Source of the DNA: Octopus bimaculoides
Lineage: Eukaryota
Length of the DNA: 64,000 nucleotides
Direction of reading: 5' to 3'
Assembly: GCF_001194135.2 (NCBI RefSeq)
Contig: NC_068983.1
Location: forward strand, 108,863,549 to 108,927,548
Part shown: in pieces, positions 55,411-64,000 of the stretch
Layout of the letters: each line of letters starts with the position of its first letter
Numbering within the stretch: the first letter of the stretch is position 1
The notes under the pieces: generated by a model
Seen by the model: the letters and a program-made list of their open reading frames with translations, nothing else
Told to the model about the DNA's origin: nothing
The model's database searches: none
Made by a program: the position numbers and the translations under genes

Positions 55411-55449
55411 CTGGAATAGGATAAGGTATTTATGACATAAAGTTAACAA
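55411..55449 (-). CDS. Putative 39-nt exon, LLTLCHKYLILFQ
   Basis: Long pyrimidine tract ttctgtttttggcttctgttcctctgaag and donor cag/gtattt, phase 0-0. The call is by eye only. Confidence 0.3.
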
Positions 55450-56519
55450 CTTCAGAGGAACAGAAGCCAAAAACAGAAGGACAAAAATTAATTAGTAAAC
55501 TTATGTTATCTGTTTGCAAGATTTATGCATGAAAATTAGTCAACTTCACGTGGCTTTTTCATAGATACTGTCTAATCTTTGCACTTAGAATGAGTCAACT
55601 GTACTAGATGTAGAAGCAGTAAAGAATACATTTGTACATGAAAATGAATATCATCTGAAGACCAATATAGCCCTGCAACTATTGCATGTGAAAAGAAATA
55701 TAGAAATCTGTGAAGTTTACAAATATTATTGGAAACATATATATTCGCTTTTTGATGATCATGAGGACATTCATTTTTTTTACTGCAAAATATTACCTAT
55801 TCAGTATATCAGAGTAAGTAACAGACACTGGCAGCACCAATAACGTTGTAACAATTTAATCTTTACATACTAGAAATAGGTTAGTGGTTACTTACTTTAC
55901 AATTCAATTTATGACATTATAGAATTTCTATATTAACCCAAAACAGAGAAATGAGAAAATGCATGTCATACTAAGATCTCAAACCATTTCAAAATTAGGA
56001 TAATTCTGTTGCTGGATGTGTTACTTGTCAAATTTTGATTTTAATGCAAAATTCTCACAGAAAAACAAAAAAATATATGATCATATCTTAAACCTATTTT
56101 CATTCAAATGTATACCGAGAGAGTAAATATCAAGAGATGAACCTAATTCACAAAAATTAAGTGCTTCAAAGTATTATTTAGGCTATTTACTTAAAATATA
56201 TTCATTCAAATGAATCACTGACTTAGTTCAATAAAGAATTCATACACAGATACATACATACATACAAACATCATCAGCTAACGTCCCTTTTTCCATGCTG
56301 GTATGGGTTGCATGATTTAACATAACCTGACAGAGCCAGAAGACTGCACCATACTCCATGTATGCGTGTGAGAAAGTGTATCAATGTCATCATCATCACT
56401 GTTTAATGTCCACTTTCCATGCTTGCATGGGTTGGATGAAATTTCTTGAGATGTATTTTCTACAGCTGGTTGCTGTTTCTAACCTATTTATAAGATAATA
56501 CCTCCCATTACTAGACATA

Positions 56520-56730
56520 CAAGGTGGGTACTGAAAAGTTCCTGGCTTTCACTAAAAGAAAATACAGGAGGATCAGTTAGTTTAGTCAACATATTCCCCT
56601 CTTGGAGTCACACATTTATTGCAGCAGTCCTTCAGTTTATTTAAGCCTTGTAGAAGAACTTGGAAGGTTGGGCTTCCAACCAGGCCTTTCACAATATCCT
56701 TAAAGCCAGGAACTTTTCAGCACCCCCTCG
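56520..56730. mobile_element. Mariner-type MITE (~210 bp) with TA target-site duplication
   Basis: TA-caaggtgggtactgaaaagttcctggcttt ... aaagccaggaacttttcagcaccccctcg-TA, giving ~30-bp TIRs. Confidence 0.85.
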
Positions 56731-56942
56731 TATTTTCCTAAAAGATCAATAGTGAAGAACACTATTTACATGATGGTGATATTCATTCACTTCCAACTAT
56801 CCCATCATGTCAAGGAGACAGTAATATGTACACATAAACTTACACATAAATATATATCTATGAACCAGAAAAAGTCAGGAGGTATGAGAGGTGAATATGT
56901 TTATTTAACCAATTGACAGCCATTTTACAGATTCTTCATGTT

Positions 56943-57255
56943 AATAATTTCAGGGTGGAAGAAATTATGTTTACATGTTTGCATTAATTTGCATGCTAGG
57001 CATTACACAGCTGTGTACTCACAAATCAATGCAAATGAAGAAAGCTAGCTCATCAGATCACTAGAACATCATGGTTACACCAATGATTCAACTCAGAGTT
57101 GAACTGTTAATGTAACCATGATGTTCTGGTGGTCTGATGAACTAGCTTTCATTAGTTGTGTTGATTTGTGAATATACAATTGTATTATGTAATGTGTAGC
57201 ATGCATATTATTGCAAACATGTAAACATCATGTATTCCACACAAAAATTATTACT
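56943..57255. repeat. ~310-bp foldback element with ~135-bp arms
   Basis: Inner 39-bp arms (57041-57079 and 57111-57149) differ at 3 positions. The outer arms (tcacaaatcaa, atgtttacatgtttgca) also pair, and the loop contains ttcaactc-a-gagttgaa. Confidence 0.85.
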
Positions 57256-58699
57256 ATGTGAAGACAGCTGCAAAATGGTTGTAATCCTCAGGATGTTAAA
57301 TAAGTATATTCATCTCTTATACCGCCTGACATTTTCTGGTGTATATACTCTTCATGAAATAATTTCATTGACTGGATCTTCTTGATTTCAGCTGCATTGA
57401 CATTCAGTATTTCACTTCACTATGTTGAATTACTATGTGGTCTGTTAGCCAAGGCCTTTAGAGGACAGATGAGGGTTAGTAATAAGAAGAGCATCTGGTT
57501 GTAAAATATTGTCTCAATTATAAATATTCATGCAGCACATAGTCGCATAGGGAAACGGACATAAAATGAAGAAGGAATATGGAAGTTTTTCTTTCAAACA
57601 TTCTACTCTCAAAATACAACTACGTTGAACTTTAATTTTTCTTTTTTCTTTTTATTAACATTATGGTTAAAGATATTTTCATATTTTCGAGTTAGCCCTG
57701 TGTGTATACTCTGAAACAATAATATCCCATAGTTCATTCATGTTTCAAGTTCTTCACATTTGCTTTGTCTTTAGAATAAAATGATGACAACAGTATGTTG
57801 TTACCTTGATTTGTAGTTGGAAACATTGGATAATGAGAATGACGGTAAATTCATCATCACTGATTTTAAAGTTGTTTAATCATTAACTTCAGAAAACTTC
57901 ATAGTTGAGGTTATTTATGCTATACAGGTACATGGATATTTTGGCTTGTAATTAGTTATTGAAAGGCTTCCATAGTTAATCATCTTAGCTTTTTGTGAAA
58001 TTCTATGAAGACTCACAATTTTATAAACAAATGTTTTTCTTTCTAGTTCTGTTTTCTGTTCTGTACACTGTGAAAGCTCTTGCAATGAATGTTGGCTCAA
58101 GCAACAGGAAAGTTTCTCACTTGGATGCTTAATGTAATCCTTAAGTTTACAGTTTTTTTGCTTGCATTAAAGTTGAGATGTTACACTAGCTGTCACATGT
58201 ATATTCTCTGATATGCAGGATTTGCAGATTCACACTGATGGGAAAGTTTTTAATTCTGGTGGTTTATATGTGGTTAGATATGATAATCATGTCTTTATGA
58301 TATATTCATCTATTCTACAACATGTAGTTTTTTTTTGGTATTTTTACTTGCTGAATTTGTTGTGCCTGTATAAGTGAATTATTTTTGTTTTATACTACAA
58401 ATTGGTTTACTATTATGTACAGGAATCCATTAGTAACTACTACTCATATATCTCTCTATATATGTGTGAACATGTGAGAGTGTATATATATATATATATA
58501 TATATATAGATGTGGCGTGTGTGTGTGCATATATATATCTTAATACTCACACAGACATACACGAATACACATACATACATACATACATACATACATAAAA
58601 GAAGTTATTGAAAATGCACTTTTAACTTCTTTTTTCTATATTTCTACCCATGTGGTAAAAAATAACTTTGTATTCTGTATATATATATATATATTAATA

Positions 58700-58893
58700 T
58701 ATTGGTTTTAAATTTTGATGCATGGCCAACAATTTCAGGGATGGTGTAAGTTGATTACATCAACCCCAGTGATCAACTGGTACTTATTTTATCAACCCTG
58801 AAAAGATGAAATACAAAGTCAGAATCTAAACTCAGAATGAAAAGACTAAGCATTTTGTCCAGCTTGCTAACAGTTCTGCCAGCTCACCACCTT
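58700..58893 (-). mobile_element. SINE family A (degenerate)
   Basis: caactggtacttatttt..ccctgaaaagatgaaa...cagctcaccacctt. Confidence 0.75.
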
Positions 58894-59972
58894 GATAATA
58901 ATCAATATATTAATATATATATATTAATCAAACTTTTATAAAGAGAAGATTGATAGTAACTTTGAAGTTTCTGTTAGTTTGCTGACATCCAACTGCTTTA
59001 CAGCTACTCCTGACTTGATGGGATCTTTGACAAGTTGTTTTTTTTGTTTTTTTTTGTGTGTGGTGGTGGTCAAGTTATGTCAAATGATGATTAGGTATAG
59101 TGCAGGTATTATCGGAGAAGTAACTGAGTAATATGGGGATGTTGAAGAGAATAGCTGAAAAGTACATGTTTGTAAGGCTAGAAATTTATAATAAAAACTC
59201 TGGCTTGATATGAGAACTTTGTTATTCTTTAGGGTTCAGTCAAATTTGGAGTGAACTTTAGGATTAGGAAAACTTTGTTATTACAAATATTTACTGATGT
59301 TTCTTACATGGTTGTCTGTTTCTTACATGGTTATTCTATTTTTATTATTGTAGAAGACCTGTTGAGCTGAGTGAAATTGTAGTCATGGCCGTTGCCAGAG
59401 CCGTCTGACTGATGTGTAAAGGGCACCATTCAAGCATTGGGTCTCATGGAGGCAGTGACAGGTGACCAAAACCTTTGGCAATATACCATGCTTGTATAGA
59501 CCTGTCAAACCAAGTGAGACCATAGTTGTGGCTGGTTTCAGTGTCAGGTCGATGGCACGTGCCGGTGGCAGATAAAAGACACCCACTACACTCTCAGGGT
59601 GGTTGACATTAGGAAGAGCATCAAGCCATTGAAACCTTGCCAAATCAGAATGGAACCTGGTGTAGCTCTCCAGCTTAACAGTTTTCAGTCAAACCATCCA
59701 ACCCTTGCCAGCATGGAAAGCAGATGTTAAATGATGATGATGATGATGATATAGACAACCTTTTACGCAATTCCACAATGTTACCTCTGCATCAAGAAGA
59801 ATACACAAAGAATGTGCATTTTACCCAAGGTAAATCCACCTATAAATAATCTATAGATATAGCAATACACATACATATTCACCCACAGATATATATTTAC
59901 CCATTCATGTACATGTAAATTTACATAAAAACATATTTACACTCATATGCACCAATATAAATATACCAGCAT

Positions 59973-59976
<4 letters not shown>

Positions 59977-60064
<88 letters not shown>
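59977..60064. repeat. (TA)n microsatellite at the 3' end of the PLE
   Basis: Direct inspection. Confidence 0.95.
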
Positions 60065-60069
<5 letters not shown>

Positions 60070-60171
60070 GTTCAAAAAAGAAAAACGACAAAAAAACAAC
60101 AAAAAACAAATACGCGAGGACGTGATAGAGATATTGTGTTACTGGACGCTCTGGAAAGGAAAGAATGAGAA

Positions 60172-60206
60172 ATTTGACGTTTCAAGCGGAGCTCTTCGTC
60201 GGAAAT
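60172..60206 (-). ncRNA. Minimal type-I hammerhead ribozyme (family 4), core CCGACGA
   Basis: AUUU-CCGACGA-A-GAGC-UCC-GCUU-GAAAC-GUC-AAAU. It has a 4-bp stem I, a GUC triplet and an ACGU palindromic stem III. Confidence 0.7.
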
Positions 60207-60544
60207 ATAGGAAAGTCCAAAAAAGGGATGACGGAGGAAGAAAAAATCGCCAACGATATAAACGAGGTTACATTGTGGAATGACCGGAAGGGAAAGGGGG
60301 GAGAAAAAATTCTTTCTAAGACAGGATAGTGCAAGAGAGAGACGTATATATGTGTACGTGCGCGCGGGTCCGTGTATGTGTAATAACAGAACGTGTATGC
60401 GCGTATGCGTGTGTGGGTGTGTGGTTTGGCTGTTTATCTGTTAGTGTGTATGTGTGTGTCGCTTAACGTTGTGGAAGGAATTAGTGACAGGAAAAATTTG
60501 GGACTGGTTGTGGACGATGGTCAGTAGAAGGTGAGCAAGCAGTT

Positions 60545-61670
60545 TTTAAGTATGTGTGTGTGCGTGTATGTGTATGTTGTGTGAGTGTGTTTTTCTTGCA
60601 GTGTGTGCCTGTATCTGTGTGTGCGTGTGTGTATGTGTATATATATGTATGAGCACGTGTGTGTGTATATGCGTGCGGTTTGCTCTGTGGATCGCACGTG
60701 GGTTATTTTGTGTGTGTGTGTGTGTGTGCTGTATGTGCGTATGTGTGTAAGTCCATGTATGTATACTTAGGTGCGGGTATGTGTTAGTGTTTGTTGTGTG
60801 TGTATGTGAGTTCGTTTGTATATGCGTGTGTGTATGTGTATTTAGTGTGTGTGTGTGTGATGTGCTTGCGTGTGTGTGATGTGTGTGCGTGTGCGTAGAT
60901 GGGGGGTGGAGGTATATGTGCGTTTTTTTCGCCCCTATGCACGTGTGTTTGTATGTGTATGTACGTGTATGTTTGCGTGTGGGGTGTGTGCGTGTGTGTG
61001 TGTATTTTGTGTGCGTGCCCGTGTGTATGTGTATGTATGTGTATATTGTGTATATTTTTGTGCGTGCGTGTGTGTGTGTGCGTGTATGCATGTGTATATG
61101 TGTGTGTGCGTGTGTATATGTGTGTGTGTGTGCGTGCGTATGTGTGTGTGTGAGCGTAGAGATGTGTGTCAAGTATGTGTGCGTTATATTGCGTGTATGC
61201 ATTTCTGTGTGTGTGTGTGTGTGTGTATATGTATGTGGTTGTGTATGTAGTTGTGTGTAGGCGTATGCGTTTATGTGTGCGCCTATATATGGGTGTGTGT
61301 GTAGGGTTGTTTCAGTAGGTGTGTGTGCATCACTGTGCGTGTGTATGTGTGTATATGTGTGGGCGTTCGTCTATATGTGTCTGTGAGAACACGCATGTAT
61401 GTTTGTCATGCGTGTTGTCATGTGTGTGGGCGGTGTATGTGTCAGGTGTGTGGGAGGTATATGTGAATGTGGGTATATATGGATTATGTATGCATGGGTG
61501 TGTGTGTATGTATATGTATGCCTGTGCGTGTGTATGTGCGTTTGTATATGTGTGTGGATGAATCTGAGCGTGTAAGTGCATGCATATGTGTTGCGTGTGT
61601 GGTGGGGTATGTGTGCGTTCATGTGTGTGTACGGGTGCGTGTATTTTTCGTGTGTGTGGGTATGTGTACG
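60545..61670. repeat. ~1.1-kb cryptic (GT/GC/AT)n alternating purine-pyrimidine tract
   Basis: Direct inspection. It explains the HT-rich and CV-rich ORFs. Confidence 0.95.
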
Positions 61671-63139
61671 TGTAGGAAGAAATTAAATAAACTGTGAGTA
61701 ATTGTAATAATTGTGATAAAATAGTGAATAATTGAAATAAAGTAAAGTGGATAAGGGGTAAGGGGGATTAATATAAAAAAAACAACAAGGAAAAATGAAA
61801 AAGTTTTGCTTCGTCGTAAAGGAGACAGTCATAAGGAGGATGGGGCTGTGTTGAGTCCGAAGGAGAAAGCTGTTTGTAAGTTGAAAATATAGCGCTATTC
61901 CAGGTGGAGTCACAAGGGAGTGGATCCGTGGTGCAGAGCAAGGTCAAAATCGGAGATGTTAGAGCGGGAGTGGTAGGCCAAGTGGAAATGATGGGCGACA
62001 GGGGAATCTGAACCTAGCCGAACGTCCCTTAGGTGTTCGGTGAAACAGTCGGCCAGCCGGTGGCCTGTCTGACCCACATATAGTTTGTCACATAAGTTGC
62101 ATCTAATGCAGTAGAGGAGGTGCATGAGAACCTGTGTATGATGCGGAGAGTGTGTAGGTTGGACCCTGTGACAGAGGTAGTGTTGGTGATGAAGGGGCAG
62201 GTGTGACAGCGGGATCTGGAGCACGGGAGGGAACCGGGTGGGGGATGGGGGAGAGGAGAAGGTGCTACGGACCAGTAGATCGCGTAGGTTACGGGCTCGT
62301 TTAAAGGAGGACAGGGGTAGGTTAGGGAAAATGGGGTGGGTGGTGGGATCGAACTGGAGGCGACGGAAGGCCCGTAGGATCCTCCAATGAAGGGGCAGGG
62401 TGGAAACGGAGTGGGAAGGGGTTGTAGTTAGGAGATTGGTGTGGGGAGGGAGAGAGGGTGGTACACAAACAACTATATAAAATGCACACAAACAACAAAG
62501 CTCACTCAAGTATTGTAGCTTCAATTGCACACCCTAAAAATGATGTACGTATAATATGTATACTCATATACAGACATGCATGTACGTAAATACAAAATAT
62601 ATCAAATATAGACTCCGTATACACACACACAGAGGAAAAAATGGTTTACTTCTATGCATTTAAAAATGTAGGATAATTAGTCTGCGGGTTGAAAATGCAG
62701 TTAGATCTTAAACAAATTGCAGGTTTCAAATTTATTTATGAATTTATCAAAATATCAAATTGGTTGCAACTATCGTTTTTTTGTGTTTCAGTGGTATATA
62801 TAAGATGAGATAAAGGTTTAAAAATAAGTAAATACACAGGGGAAATTTTCATAGTGATAAAACATGCTTAAAAAATCGAATATTCATGAAATTTCAAGTA
62901 TTCAATAAAATTTACAGCAGTACTACAATAAAAGTTCAAATATTTGATAAATTTCATGACACATGATTGATAGTTCAGCAGGTTTCAAAGCAATAACTTA
63001 TATTAGCAATTAGATATGATGAGAATTTTAAAGAATATGAAAAACTTTTCACAAGTTCTGTTGCAATGAATGGAGGAGAACTGTTCATCATTTGCTTTAC
63101 TGGTGGAAACTTGAACTGTTTCAAGCTAATATTGCTTGG

Positions 63140-63173
<34 letters not shown>

Positions 63174-63249
63174 TATATGAAAATAAAAGTTAATGATAAT
63201 AATAATAATAATAATAATAAGGCAGAATGCTAAACTGAAAGCATATTTT

Positions 63250-63291
63250 AATATAGATGTGCATATATTAAAATATATGCACATCTATATT
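63250..63291. repeat. Perfect 20-bp-arm palindrome
   Basis: aatatagatgtgcatatatt-aa-aatatatgcacatctatatt. Confidence 0.95.
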
Positions 63292-63450
63292 TTAATATAG
63301 AGAATTAAAAAGGATTTCTAACCGGCTTTCATTGTATGGCAAATTTTCAAGAAGAGGGAAAATGAAAATAATGTTTTTTTACAAAAATATAAAAAATATA
63401 TTAAAAAAAAATATACCAATATATTATATTGTCTTTGACTTTTAAAGTTC

Positions 63451-63776
63451 AATGGTAATCCATGTAGATAATTGTGAGATAGATTAGGATGTATGGAATT
63501 AAGAATGGTGTTGTGTTTAAAAAAGGCTGAGAGTTTATGTTTAAACAGGAAGTGTGGTGTCAAAACAGGAAGTGTGTGTAAGGGAAGACAATTCCCTTCT
63601 CTCACCTACCCATTGAAATACATATAAATTTACTTCTTGTTTCTCTAACAACAGACATAAACTTTCTGTTGACAAAGAGTATAAAACCCACAGAATTGTC
63701 TTCCCTTACACACACTTCCTGTTTAACACATTATTAACTCTCAGCCTTTTTTAAACACAACACCATTCTTAATTCC
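63451..63776. mobile_element. PLE 3'-UTR fragment with an internal inversion (same family as 5077-5815)
   Basis: 63451-63593 matches 5077-5220 directly, and 63591-63776 matches the reverse complement of about 5120-5345. Confidence 0.85.
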
Positions 63777-64000
63777 AGCAGCATCATGGTCAACTGCTAC
63801 AAAGGTAAAGGTGACGCTTTAGATACAAATAATTACAGAGGCATCAAGCTGTTAGATCAGGTTATGAAAGTTACAGAGAGGGTCATAGCCCAACTAATTA
63901 AGGAGAGAATCAACTTAGATGAGATGCAGTTTGGGTTCGTGCCAGGTAAAAGCACTACTGATGCCTTATTTCTAGTGAGACAGTTGCAGGAGAAATACCT
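63777..64000 (+). mobile_element. RTE LINE reverse transcriptase (open frame running off the window)
   Basis: SSIMVNCYKGKGDALDTNNYRGIKLLDQVMKVTERVIAQLIKERINLDEMQFGFVPGKSTTDALFLVRQLQEKY. Confidence 0.92.

Larger units (their letters stand above)
60065..62450 (-). mobile_element. 5'-truncated Penelope-like element (Neptune-like): GIY-YIG region, CA-rich tract and hammerhead-bearing terminal repeat
   Basis: FKRARNLRDLLVRS, frameshifted CSRSRCHTC linker, YCIRCNLCDKLYVGQTGHRLADCFTEHL..PVAHHF and LE*RYIFNLQT..FGLN (61840-62410). The hammerhead lies at 60172-60206. Confidence 0.9.

Noticed and set aside
57050-57150. CUGAUGA within the 57-kb hairpin
   Set aside because: It is followed by cuuuc rather than GAAA, so it is not a hammerhead topology.
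60546-61697. HT-rich and CV-rich ORFs of up to 218 aa
   Set aside because: Translations of the GT/CA simple-repeat tract.

Overview
This is AT-rich, intron-like metazoan DNA with three scaffold gaps (4977-5076, 7921-8685, 18533-18570) and many TA, CA, AAT and ATG microsatellites. The repeat content and the TTAGGG repeats are consistent with a mollusc, probably Octopus; that assignment is an inference. Most of the window is retroelement debris: a copia RT/RNase H relic, an R4/Dong-like LINE, several RTE LINEs, a CR1-like 3' end, several tRNA-type SINE families, mariner-type MITEs and at least three Penelope-like element (PLE) fragments, including a GIY-YIG endonuclease. The most notable signal is a set of minimal type-I hammerhead ribozyme motifs (CUGANGA...GAAA with a palindromic stem III) in four unrelated sequence families. 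One family is a tRNA-headed SINE-like unit (tRNA head, (AAT)n, hammerhead, PLE-like tail). Several of these copies sit in head-to-head foldback insertions whose inverted arm starts at or near the ribozyme. Other oddities are (TTAGGG)5 fused to an exact 110-bp local duplication and several long unrelated hairpins. A minus-strand host gene with small exons is probable (three phase-compatible exons at 27069-27543) but could not be identified. All family assignments come from manual translation and motif recognition; no database search was run.
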